Source: Saccharofermentanales bacterium
GTDB lineage: Bacteria > Bacillota > Clostridia > Saccharofermentanales > DTU023
Direction: 5' to 3'
NCBI GenBank assembly: GCA_050945495.1
Contig: JBMNTA010000002.1
Location: 19,240-83,239 of the forward strand
Length of the DNA: 64,000 bases
Both the position numbers and the translations under genes were made by a program. Every line of letters begins with the position of its first letter. Position 1 is the first letter of the stretch. This document shows, one piece after another, positions 27,586 through 36,171 of the stretch. The notes under the pieces were generated by a model. It had not been told where the DNA came from. It was given only the letters and a program-made list of their open reading frames with translations, and did not search any database.

Positions 27586-28134
27586 TCAGTTGACAACCTT
27601 GACCATCGCGTGGCGAATCACGCGATCGCCTTTTTTATAGCCTTTCTGAAAGACTTGGACGACGTGGTTGTCGGGGTGTTCGTCGTCTTCTTCATGCAAC
27701 ACCGCCTGGTGGACATTCGGGTCAAAGTCGGCGCCTTCGCCCTCGATTTCGACCACGCCCATGCGCTGAAACGCTTCGTCCAACTGCTGTCGGATCAAGG
27801 CGAGGCCTTCGGCGAATTCGCTCGCTTCGTCGGTCTCCGATTGATCGGCCGCTTGCATCGCGGCATCGATGCTGTCGACCACGGGCATCAGGGCGCGCAC
27901 CGTGTCGATGACGCCCTCGTCGTAGTTCGCCTGCCGCGATTGGCGTGCGCGACGACGGAAATTGTCGTAATCGGCGCACACGCGCAGGTAGCGGTTGTTC
28001 AGGGCTTCGTACGCATCCTCGAGGTTCGGCTCGGATTCATCTTCGCCGATCGCTTCGTTCTCCTCGAGATCGATCGTCACATTTTCGTCTTCATGCGCTT
28101 CCGGCACGGTATTTTTATGGTTCTTCTTGCTCAT
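27586..28134 (-). CDS. grpE: Nucleotide exchange factor GrpE
   Basis: The ATG at 28132-28134 follows AAGGAG plus 5-6 nt. The sequence YLRVCADYDNFRRRARQ...FDPNVHQAV...KGYKKGDRVIRHAMVKV is typical of GrpE. Confidence 0.9.
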   Translation of the reverse strand: MSKKNHKNTVPEAHEDENVTIDLEENEAIGEDESEPNLEDAYEALNNRYLRVCADYDNFRRRARQSRQANYDEGVIDTVRALMPVVDSIDAAMQAADQSETDEASEFAEGLALIRQQLDEAFQRMGVVEIEGEGADFDPNVHQAVLHEEDDEHPDNHVVQVFQKGYKKGDRVIRHAMVKVVN

Positions 28135-29227
28135 CCCGGCTCCTTTGTTCATCCGACGGCTCGACGCGTCCGTAATGCTGGTTCGCCGCGTCCGACAACG
28201 CTTTGTTGACGAAGCTGACTTGAGAGATGATCTCCCCGTATTGCATCCGTTTCGGTCCGATCACGCCGATCTGTCCCGCAATGTGGTCACCCACGCGGTA
28301 CGTCGTCGTGATGAACGACATGTCTTCCAAGCCTTCCAGGGCGATCTCCTGGCCGATGCGCACCATGTACGTCGGCATCTCGCCATCCGTCATATGACGC
28401 TGTTCTTCCTGTTGCTGCATGTCCATCATGTAGCCGGCGACCATATGGTCTTCCTGGACGGTCGTGTAAAAACGGTTGGCCCGATCGATGTCGTGGAACT
28501 CCGGATGCTTCAGCAAGCGGTGTTTGCCATCCATGTAGATTTCAATTTTTTCCGTCTGTTTGATCGCGACGTACGCCTCAAACAGCACTTGGTTCACGAG
28601 GGCTTCGGGAAGCCCCGTCCCCTCCGCGGCCGATGAAACGGTCACGAGCGTGATGTCGTCCAAGCGTTTGCCGGTCAGTCGTCGTTCGATCGCTTGCGCG
28701 ATTTGGTCCAATTGCGCCTCGTCGATCATCGCGGGAATCCGAATCAATCGGTCGTGCACGATGCCGGCGGACAAGACCAAGACGACGATGGCGCGCCCCG
28801 GCTCGATCATCATGATTTTGATCTGCTCGAGGTTTGAATCGGCGTACTGTGGGGACAAGGCGACCGACAAATAATCGGTCTTCCCCGACAGATATTCGGT
28901 GGCGCGCTCAATCAGTTGGCGCGCTTCGTTCAAATGGTCCGACAGATACTCACGCGCTTCCGCCTCGTCTTTCGGCGAAACCGAGGGCACCGACAACATA
29001 TCGTCGACGTAGGCGCGATAGCCCTTGTCGGACGGCATGCGGCCGGCCGAGGTGTGCGGTTTTTCGAGGTAGCCCATCTGTTCGAGCTCGGCCATCTCGT
29101 GACGAATCGTTGCCGACGACAATTGCAAGTTGTGACGTTCGACCAGGGATTTCGAGCCGATCGGCTCGGCCGTCTCGACGTAATCGTCGACAATGGCTTT
29201 CAGAATTTTCTTCTTGCGTTCGTCCAT
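28115..29227 (-). CDS. hrcA: Heat-inducible transcription repressor HrcA
   Basis: MDERKKKILKAIVDDYVETAEPIGSKSLVERHNLQLSSATIRHEMAELEQMGYLEKPHTSAGRMPS. A CIRCE element lies 24 nt upstream. Confidence 0.9.
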   Translation of the reverse strand: MDERKKKILKAIVDDYVETAEPIGSKSLVERHNLQLSSATIRHEMAELEQMGYLEKPHTSAGRMPSDKGYRAYVDDMLSVPSVSPKDEAEAREYLSDHLNEARQLIERATEYLSGKTDYLSVALSPQYADSNLEQIKIMMIEPGRAIVVLVLSAGIVHDRLIRIPAMIDEAQLDQIAQAIERRLTGKRLDDITLVTVSSAAEGTGLPEALVNQVLFEAYVAIKQTEKIEIYMDGKHRLLKHPEFHDIDRANRFYTTVQEDHMVAGYMMDMQQQEEQRHMTDGEMPTYMVRIGQEIALEGLEDMSFITTTYRVGDHIAGQIGVIGPKRMQYGEIISQVSFVNKALSDAANQHYGRVEPSDEQRSRDEQEEP

Positions 29228-29250
29228 CCAAACCGCCGCCCTTTCTCGTA

Positions 29251-29277
29251 TTAGCACTCTTGACATTCGAGTGCCAA
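29251..29277 (-). promoter_or_regulatory. CIRCE operator (HrcA binding site)
   Basis: TTAGCACTC-TTGACATTC-GAGTGCCAA versus the consensus TTAGCACTC-N9-GAGTGCTAA (one mismatch). Confidence 0.9.
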
Positions 29278-29281
29278 CACG

Positions 29282-29310
29282 AGGGTAACACCTCCCGCAT
29301 ACGCTGTCAA
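29282..29310 (-). promoter_or_regulatory. Putative sigma-A promoter of the hrcA operon
   Basis: The minus strand reads TTGACA-(17 nt)-TACCCT, 4 nt upstream of CIRCE. The -10 element is weak. Confidence 0.5.
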
Positions 29311-29414
29311 TCCATGTAACGTGTGGGGTGTGACAACGCGATGAACAATTGTGACGCGACGCCACGAGGCGGTCGCACCGTCAACGCGTCAGGCGTACAT
29401 GTTCTTTTCGGGAA

Positions 29415-30638
29415 TCAGAGAATCGCGCGAGCGACGACGTCGGCAAAATCGAGGCCGTGCTCGGTGAGGCGCACCGTCTCCCCGTCATCTTCGACGAGGC
29501 CCCGGCGGATCATCGGTCGAAGTTTGTCCGAAAAAAGTTCGTCGAATGCGACGCCGTGACGCGCGCGAAAACGCGTCCGCGACACGCCGTCCGAAAGCCG
29601 GAAGCCCAAGAGCACGGTCTCCACCCGCGCAGCCGCTTCGTCGACCCGCTCGTCGATCGTGGCCGCCGCATAGGGACCGCCGTCGGGGCGGTGCACATGT
29701 TCGATCCATCGGTCGAGCGATGCGGGATGCGTGCGGCGAACGCCGCCCGCGTAACTCGACGCCGCGGGACCGACCGCCATGTACGGATCGGCGCGCCAAT
29801 AGACCGTGTTGTGGCGCGAGCGCGCGCCGGGCTTGGCGAAATTGCTGATTTCGTAATGCTCAAAGCCCCGCGCCCGAAGCCCCGCGATCAAGGCGTGCGT
29901 CATGGCGCGCTCGACCGCGTCGTCGGGGAAACACACGGGACACGTGCGCCGGCGTTCGGCCATCGGGGTGCCCGGGGCGATCGTCAACGCGTACGCGGAG
30001 ACATGGTCGATCGGATATCGGGCGACAAGCTCGAGGATGTGCGCGATGTCGTCCGTCGTCTGCCCGGGAAGCCCCGTCATGACATCGAACGAGAGGTGTT
30101 CGAACCCCGCATCGGCGGCATACGTCAGGGCTCGATGCACGTCGTCGACGGTGTGGCACCGACCGATCTCGGCCAGACATCGGTCGTCCATCGACTGAAC
30201 GCCGAGCGACCATCGCGTGACGCCGGCCTTTCGCCAACGCCGCATCGTCTGCCGATTGCACGACGATTCCGGGTTCGCCTCCATGGTGATCTCCGCGCCG
30301 CGGGCCAACCCGAAGCGCCGGCGCGCCGCCGCGATGATCTCCGCGATCATCTCGGGCGCGACGAACGACGGCGTGCCGCCGCCGAAATAGATCGTCTCCA
30401 GGGGCGCCGTGGCGACGCGATGCACCGCGGCCTCGTCGGCCCATCGCAACAGTTCATATAAAACCGTGTCGAACCAGCGGCCGACGGCGCGTTCGTCGGG
30501 TGCGGCGATCGAATAAAAATCGCAGTAATCGCAGCGCCGACGGCAAAACGGCACATGCACATAAAGCGAGGTGACGGGCCGTCGTGCGGCCTCCGTCACC
30601 TCGCCGTGATCGCTTACGCCATCGTTCGCGTTACGCAT
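29415..30638 (-). CDS. hemW: Radical SAM heme chaperone HemW (oxygen-independent coproporphyrinogen oxidase-like)
   Basis: LYVHVPFCRRRCDYCDF (CxxxCxxC radical SAM motif), followed by YFGGGTPS. The hemW-hrcA neighbourhood is conserved. Confidence 0.85.
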   Translation of the reverse strand: MRNANDGVSDHGEVTEAARRPVTSLYVHVPFCRRRCDYCDFYSIAAPDERAVGRWFDTVLYELLRWADEAAVHRVATAPLETIYFGGGTPSFVAPEMIAEIIAAARRRFGLARGAEITMEANPESSCNRQTMRRWRKAGVTRWSLGVQSMDDRCLAEIGRCHTVDDVHRALTYAADAGFEHLSFDVMTGLPGQTTDDIAHILELVARYPIDHVSAYALTIAPGTPMAERRRTCPVCFPDDAVERAMTHALIAGLRARGFEHYEISNFAKPGARSRHNTVYWRADPYMAVGPAASSYAGGVRRTHPASLDRWIEHVHRPDGGPYAAATIDERVDEAAARVETVLLGFRLSDGVSRTRFRARHGVAFDELFSDKLRPMIRRGLVEDDGETVRLTEHGLDFADVVARAIL

Positions 30639-31584
30639 CGGTGCGGTCGATGTTGTCGTCGTTCAGCATTTCTTTGAGGCCCACGGCCAATCCCGCGACC
30701 CCTTGCAGCTTCGACGGGATGATGATTTTCGTCGCGCGGCCGTCGGCCACTTTCACCATCGCTTCGAGGCTCTTGATCGCCACCAATCCGTCGTCGGCGC
30801 CGACGTCTTTGATCATTTGCAGACCGCGCGCCGTCGCCTCCTGCACTTTCAAGATCGCCATCGCCTGACCTTCAGACTCGCGGATCTGCTGTTCTTTTTT
30901 GGCGTCCGCGCGCAAAATGGCCGCTTCTTTCTCACCTTCCGCGACCCGGATCAAGGCCTCCTTTTGACCTTCGGAGATCAAAATCTTCTCGCGCTTCTCG
31001 CGCTCGGCCTTCATCTGACGCTCCATCGCCGACTGAATCTCGCGCGGCGGGATGATGTTCTTCAGCTCGACGCGATTGACTTTGATGCCCCACGGGTCGG
31101 TCGCTTCGTCCAGCGTCTCGCGCATGCGCGTGTTGATGACGTCGCGGGAGGTCAACGTTTCGTCGAGTTCGAGATCGCCGATCAAGTTACGCAGCGTCGT
31201 CGCCGACAAGTTCTCGATCGCCACGATCGGATTTTCGATGCCGTAGCAGTAGAGCACCGGATCGACGATCTGGTAGAAGACGACCGTATCGATCTGCATC
31301 GTGACGTTGTCGCGCGTGATGACGTCCTGCGGCGGGAAGTCGGCGACACGTTCTTTCAGCGAGACGCGGCGCTCGATCCGATCGATGAACGGCACCTTCG
31401 CATGAATGCCGGTGTTCCACGTCGTGCGATACGTGCCCAGGCGTTCAATCACGAACGCCATCGCCTGCGGCACCACGCGCACGTTGCGAATGAAGAGCAG
31501 CAAGACAAATAAGAGCACCAAGCCGAGCAGGACATAGCCGAACACGGTGTTGATGCCGGCGGCCAAAACAATCAGGTTCATCAT
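30631..31584 (-). CDS. SPFH/Band-7 (stomatin/slipin-like) membrane protein
   Basis: It has an N-terminal TM helix. The SPFH core is IERLGTYRTTWNTGIHAKVPFIDRI...TRDNVTMQIDTVVFYQI, followed by a coiled-coil rich in EAxxxxAEGEK. Confidence 0.85.
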   Translation of the reverse strand: MMNLIVLAAGINTVFGYVLLGLVLLFVLLLFIRNVRVVPQAMAFVIERLGTYRTTWNTGIHAKVPFIDRIERRVSLKERVADFPPQDVITRDNVTMQIDTVVFYQIVDPVLYCYGIENPIVAIENLSATTLRNLIGDLELDETLTSRDVINTRMRETLDEATDPWGIKVNRVELKNIIPPREIQSAMERQMKAEREKREKILISEGQKEALIRVAEGEKEAAILRADAKKEQQIRESEGQAMAILKVQEATARGLQMIKDVGADDGLVAIKSLEAMVKVADGRATKIIIPSKLQGVAGLAVGLKEMLNDDNIDRTDA

Positions 31585-31613
31585 AACGGTTTCGTTCCTT
31601 TCTTAAAGGTGGC

Positions 31614-32111
31614 TTAACATGCGGGAGGCGGCGCGTCCGTCATCGGTTGCACCACGGCTTTGACACCGACAAGCCCGATCACGCGGACCCGGGTTCCCTT
31701 CGGGATCGTCCCCTCTTCCGCGTCCATGCGCGCGCTCCACACTTGGCCCGCGACCTTGATCTGGCCGCGGCCGGTCAATGCGTCGATCGTTTCCGTCACG
31801 ACGCCCTCTTTATGCAGAATTCGGTCGGCGTTCGTCGGCGTGATTTCACGCACATTCCGCCGTTTCTTGATCACCAGAACAAACAAGAGGAATCCGGCGA
31901 CGGACAACACGGCAAAGAAGATGAACTGCAGCGCGACGCTGCCCCCCAAAAGGCCCACGACGAGTGCCACCAAGGCACCCACCACAAACCAGATGGAGAC
32001 CAAGTTCATCGTCGCAATTTCCGCAATGGCCGAAATCGCCAAGATGATGCCCCAAAAGAGGACGTCTTGAACGCCCAAAATGGCGGCACCCGATAAAATC
32101 ATCAACGGCAT
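31614..32111 (-). CDS. NfeD family membrane protein (partner of SPFH protein)
   Basis: 165 aa with 3-4 TM helices, then the OB-fold-like C-terminus GRGQIKVAGQVWSARMD...GTRVRVIGLVG. Confidence 0.8.
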   Translation of the reverse strand: MPLMILSGAAILGVQDVLFWGIILAISAIAEIATMNLVSIWFVVGALVALVVGLLGGSVALQFIFFAVLSVAGFLLFVLVIKKRRNVREITPTNADRILHKEGVVTETIDALTGRGQIKVAGQVWSARMDAEEGTIPKGTRVRVIGLVGVKAVVQPMTDAPPPAC

Positions 32112-32147
32112 CGTAACGCCTCGCTTTCGTGAGTGACCGACCTTCGG

Positions 32148-33524
32148 TCAGTCGTCGTACTCGTAATGGAGCGGACCTTTCCGACCGAGCTTCACCAGCA
32201 CAAACGCCGTATTGTTCACACGTTGCGGCAACCGCTCGATCATGTGGGCCGGCACCTCGGTCGTCGTGAGCGACATCGTCCCCGTCACCGAAGTGGTCCG
32301 CGCGGGATCCGTCGGCACTTTGTCGTCCCGATTCTCAAGCGTCGGGAGGGTCTGACGCGCCTGCTGCTCCGCGATGTTGTGGAACAACTCCTCCAACCGA
32401 TCCGTCCGATCAAACGACGTTCCCGAGATGACGCCGCCCGTCGATTGGAAGTACGGGTTGCGGCTCTCGAGGCCGACTTCGGCCTCCGACTCGATGCGGT
32501 ACTCGCCCGATTCGATGAAGACGATGGGGATGCCCGCACGGTCAAACGGCGTGTGATCGGAAGTCTTCGTCGTCCATTCGCGGAAGATGGCGGAATGGCC
32601 GTGCCAATCCACGTTGAACGACGCCTGATTCGTATAAATCGCGTATCGGTTGCGCGTGTTCAATTGATATTCAAAGAAGATGTCGGTCACCTGGTAGAGT
32701 TTGCGACGCAAATCGTAATCTTTGGTATCGCCGGACTCGATCGAATTTTGGCCGGCATGCGCGTAGACCTTGTCGCCCGCATAGATGGGACCGACGTTGA
32801 CCATGACATCGACCTTGGCCTTGTCCGCTTCGGACATGCGCTTCAAAAATGCCTCGGCGCCGGCATAATCATCGGTGCCGGCCCCGAAAAACACGAACGT
32901 CACATCGTAGCCCGGCGGCTCTTGCAACATCTGTTCCGCCGCGGTCATCACGGCCGCCACGCCGGACGCGTTGTTGTGGATGCCGTCGGGGCGATCGCTC
33001 GGAGCCGGTTCGGTCGGGGCGACCTCGTCGTCCCCGGCGTCGGGTTCGACGGCCACGGCCGGCGTGTCGTAGTGGGCGCCGACGATCATTCGGCGATCAT
33101 CTATCTTTTCGGGCAGCGTCTCCGCCAGCGCTTCATCGACGGATTCCGCCCGACGAAACCCGTGACCCTCGAGATGCGCGATGATGTTCTGAGACGTATG
33201 CTCGACGCCGTCACGGGTCACCGTAAACGACTGACGCTCGACCTCATAGCCCATGCGCGCGAGCGTTTCGACCAAGAGATCGGCAGTCTTCGCTTCCTCG
33301 TTGGAGTACGGCACGCGCCGCGGATACGAAAAGGCGATCCTGCGCGCAAAATTCGCGCCGTCGTCGCCGTATCGCGCGATCGATTCACGGGGCGTGGTCC
33401 CCCATGGCGAACAGGCGGCCACGCCGCAAAGCAACGTCGCAAACACGACGAGGCCCACCAGCGCACGCATCGCTCGATGCCGCCCGGCCTTCGTCGTCCA
33501 CATGTCAAATTTCCGATTTTTCAT
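32148..33524 (-). CDS. M28-family aminopeptidase lipoprotein
   Basis: The ATG at 33522-33524 gives MKNRKFDMWTTKAGRHRAMRALVGLVVFATLLCGVAAC, with a lipobox. M28 motifs are VGAHYDT, DGIHNNASGVAAVM and SDHTPFDRAGIP. The 144-codon N-terminal extension in the track was rejected. Confidence 0.8.
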   Translation of the reverse strand: MKNRKFDMWTTKAGRHRAMRALVGLVVFATLLCGVAACSPWGTTPRESIARYGDDGANFARRIAFSYPRRVPYSNEEAKTADLLVETLARMGYEVERQSFTVTRDGVEHTSQNIIAHLEGHGFRRAESVDEALAETLPEKIDDRRMIVGAHYDTPAVAVEPDAGDDEVAPTEPAPSDRPDGIHNNASGVAAVMTAAEQMLQEPPGYDVTFVFFGAGTDDYAGAEAFLKRMSEADKAKVDVMVNVGPIYAGDKVYAHAGQNSIESGDTKDYDLRRKLYQVTDIFFEYQLNTRNRYAIYTNQASFNVDWHGHSAIFREWTTKTSDHTPFDRAGIPIVFIESGEYRIESEAEVGLESRNPYFQSTGGVISGTSFDRTDRLEELFHNIAEQQARQTLPTLENRDDKVPTDPARTTSVTGTMSLTTTEVPAHMIERLPQRVNNTAFVLVKLGRKGPLHYEYDD

Positions 33525-33617
33525 CGCTTGCAAATCCTCATTTTTCCGCTGCAAGTATACCACACGGACGGCGTCCACGTTCGGTATCCGATGGCCCGTC
33601 TGTGGTATCATCGGAGC

Positions 33618-35165
33618 ATGCGAGAGAGGCACGAAGAAGCACGCTTTGACACCGATCGGCGACATGGGTTCGTCGCCGTCGCGCTGCTGTTGGCCGTCGC
33701 GTTGTCGGTCATGCTGCTCCTCACGCCGCACACGGCATTCGCCCTGTCGATGCGCGACGGATTCAGCCCCGATCTTTCGGTCCCCGCCGCGTACGCGTCG
33801 GAGCGTTGGCATCAGACCGTGTTGTACGCGTCGAACACCGACGTCGTGATTGAAATCCCGGGGGTGGCTCGCCTCTTGACGCTGTACATCGCCGTGGATC
33901 GGCTCACGCTCGATGAGATGATTCCGATCACGCGCGCGGCGGCCCAACTGGCCCAAGAAGAGCGCGCGACGAACAGCATCCTCTTAAACGAAGGTGATCA
34001 AGTGCCCCTGCGCTATCTGCTCTTGCGGATGCTCTTTGAAAATTCCGATGCCGCCGCCCTGGCCATCGCCGGGAAAATCTCGCTGAGCGCCGACGCCTTC
34101 GTCGTGGAAATGCAGCGGACGGCCGCCCTGTTGGGCATGAACGACACAACCGTGTTCAGTTGCGACATCGCCCGCAAAGAGCGCGTTTCGTCGATGCCGA
34201 CCTCGGTCGCCCTCGCCATTCAACTTCAGGAAAAACAGCACGAGGCCTCGTACGACACCCCGCTGATTTTGCCCGAGGCGGAAAAGCGCGTCCATACGGC
34301 CAAGACGACGCTGCGCGATATCGCCCGCCTGATGACGGCGCTCTCGAACAACGCGCGCGGCGTCAGCATCCTCGGCACGCGCGAAGATCTGCTGCACATC
34401 ACGGTCGACGGCATCCCGCAAATCGTCTCCCTGCGCTCCCCCGTGCTTCGGTTGTGGACACTTTCGGAGGAAACGGTCTCCATCGCTTTCTCGCACACGT
34501 CCACGCGCTATTCGCTGTTGACCACGGTGAGCAAGACGGAAGAGGGCATCCCCGTGACGACCGTCTTTGCCGGTCTGCGTCAGGCCAACATGATCACGCC
34601 GACCCTGCTGATGCTCGACGAAATCGACGGGTTTTACACGATCTCGCCGTTGACCCGTGTGGGCGACCGCTATCCCGGCGCACCGGAAAAAGCGGAAAAC
34701 GGCGATTTGTTTAACCTCGTCTACCTCGATTCGATCGACTACGTCCATCCCAAGACGGATCACTTCATGAAGCCGACGTTGACGTACGAGGGCTCCACGC
34801 CGCATAAGCTCCCGATTCTGCGCAATGACATGGTGGGCAACGTCATCTTTACCAAAAAAGACGACACGCACATCTCGGTGCGCGTCGGATCGGATCGCGA
34901 CATCATCGCTGACAACAGTTTTTTGGGACGCGGGATTTTACAAATGGTGAACAATCCCAATTTGGCGAAGACCATCATCGCCCTGCTCGCCATCGTGGGG
35001 ATCGCGCTCTTGGTTTTCATCATCCGCGAGGCCCGCAAACTCTATTACTGGTGGCGCCTCTTGCGCGTGGAGAATGCCGTCCAATCGGCGCGCACGTTGC
35101 TCATGCGCGAGAAACCGGAGGACGATGCGCGCGAATTCTTCCGCCGCAAAAGCCATGACGATTGA
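33618..35165 (+). CDS. S11 (D-Ala-D-Ala carboxypeptidase/DacB)-like membrane protein with degenerate catalytic motifs
   Basis: The ATG at 33618 gives MRERHEEARFDTDRRHGFVAVALLLAVALSVMLLLTPHTAFA. The segment aligned to S11 enzymes (LYASNTDVVIEIPGVARLLTLYIAVD...LLRMLFENSDAAALAIAGKIS...FVVEMQRTAALLGMNDTTVF) lacks SxxK and SxN. A C-terminal TM helix is TIIALLAIVGIALLVFII. The first 495 codons of the 1010-aa tracked ORF are antisense shadow. Confidence 0.65.
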   Translation: MRERHEEARFDTDRRHGFVAVALLLAVALSVMLLLTPHTAFALSMRDGFSPDLSVPAAYASERWHQTVLYASNTDVVIEIPGVARLLTLYIAVDRLTLDEMIPITRAAAQLAQEERATNSILLNEGDQVPLRYLLLRMLFENSDAAALAIAGKISLSADAFVVEMQRTAALLGMNDTTVFSCDIARKERVSSMPTSVALAIQLQEKQHEASYDTPLILPEAEKRVHTAKTTLRDIARLMTALSNNARGVSILGTREDLLHITVDGIPQIVSLRSPVLRLWTLSEETVSIAFSHTSTRYSLLTTVSKTEEGIPVTTVFAGLRQANMITPTLLMLDEIDGFYTISPLTRVGDRYPGAPEKAENGDLFNLVYLDSIDYVHPKTDHFMKPTLTYEGSTPHKLPILRNDMVGNVIFTKKDDTHISVRVGSDRDIIADNSFLGRGILQMVNNPNLAKTIIALLAIVGIALLVFIIREARKLYYWWRLLRVENAVQSARTLLMREKPEDDAREFFRRKSHDD

Positions 35166-35174
35166 GGCCGCGGC

Positions 35175-35705
35175 CTAGGCGCGTCGGTGCACCCACGGCG
35201 CGATGCGCTGCTCGTAAAAACGCTCAAAGGCGCGAAACGCGTAATCGTAGACAAAGAGGAACAATTGGATCACCGCGATCGCGACGATCAGCACGACCGT
35301 CATCGACCCGTCGGCGCGCGCGTGAAACATCGATTCAAATCCGATGAGTGTCCCTCCCGCCAAAAAAAGGCCCGTCATGACCACGTGAATCAGCGTGCGG
35401 GCAAGCCAGCGCGGCATGCGCGGGCACAAAAAGAGCGTCAAGAGCGGCAAAAGGCCGAAACACAGGGCAAACATGACGGCGACAAACCACCCCGGCCAGA
35501 TCAAGCCCAAGAGCGAGACCGCCAAGTACACCAGAAAGGCGCCTTTCCAATGCCATTCGCGCCAAGCAATGGCGACCACCCAGGAGGCCAAGGTCATCGT
35601 GACCAACCGTCCCGTGGGCAATGCCCCGCTGAAGATTAAAAAAAGCCAGCCCAAGGCGGACAACATGCCGCCCCAAGCAACCGCGCGCGGGCGGACTTGC
35701 GTCAT
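35175..35705 (-). CDS. Hypothetical polytopic membrane protein (about 5 TM helices), third gene of the J-domain cassette
   Basis: The ATG at 35703-35705 lies 16 nt after the J-protein stop and follows GAGGGTGG. The sequence is MTQVRPRAVAWGGMLSALGWLFLIFSG.... No family was recognised. Confidence 0.55.
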   Translation of the reverse strand: MTQVRPRAVAWGGMLSALGWLFLIFSGALPTGRLVTMTLASWVVAIAWREWHWKGAFLVYLAVSLLGLIWPGWFVAVMFALCFGLLPLLTLFLCPRMPRWLARTLIHVVMTGLFLAGGTLIGFESMFHARADGSMTVVLIVAIAVIQLFLFVYDYAFRAFERFYEQRIAPWVHRRA

Positions 35706-35721
35706 GGCGTGCGACCCACCC

Positions 35722-36135
35722 TCAGCAGCATCGGCAAAGATCTCCGCCGAAACATTCGCAGCACGTGTCGGCGCAGCAAAGGCAGGACATCGTCTGACAA
35801 CATGACGGACCGGAGCCCGCCGAACGATAATACGGAGAACCGCTCGGATGCTGATACGGCGCGCCGTACGGCGACTGCTGACCATACGGCGGAGGCGTTT
35901 CGCGGGACGCGGATTCGCCGCCGCCGAACGACGTCGTCCGCACGCGGCCGAGCGTGATCTCATCATACGCCCAGTTGATCTCGCGCATCTTCGCTTCGGC
36001 GAGCTCTTTGGCGCGCGCATCCTGAAATTGATCCGGATGGTATTGACGCACCATCTTGCGGTACGCTTCGCGAACCTCTTCTTCCGTGGCGTTGTGCGAC
36101 AAACCGAGCACCGCGTAAGGGTTTTTACCGTTCAT
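35722..36135 (-). CDS. J-domain protein with P/Y/Q/G-rich linker and C-terminal cysteine-string
   Basis: The ATG at 36133-36135 follows GGAGG plus 6 nt. The J domain is NPYAVLGLSHNATEEEVREAYRKMVRQYHPDQF, with the HPD motif. The tail CCQTMSCLCCADTCCECFGGDLCRCC has 11 Cys in 26 residues. Confidence 0.8.
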   Translation of the reverse strand: MNGKNPYAVLGLSHNATEEEVREAYRKMVRQYHPDQFQDARAKELAEAKMREINWAYDEITLGRVRTTSFGGGESASRETPPPYGQQSPYGAPYQHPSGSPYYRSAGSGPSCCQTMSCLCCADTCCECFGGDLCRCC

Positions 36136-36171
36136 CCGTGACCTCCGTCGGGGCATGCGCCCCACGTGTTA

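Noticed and set aside
32133-33617. The first 495 codons of the 1010-aa plus-strand ORF (32133-35165).
   Set aside because: This part lies antisense to the M28 lipoprotein gene and has shadow composition. A plausible ATG with a signal/anchor sequence occurs at 33618, so only 33618-35165 is called.
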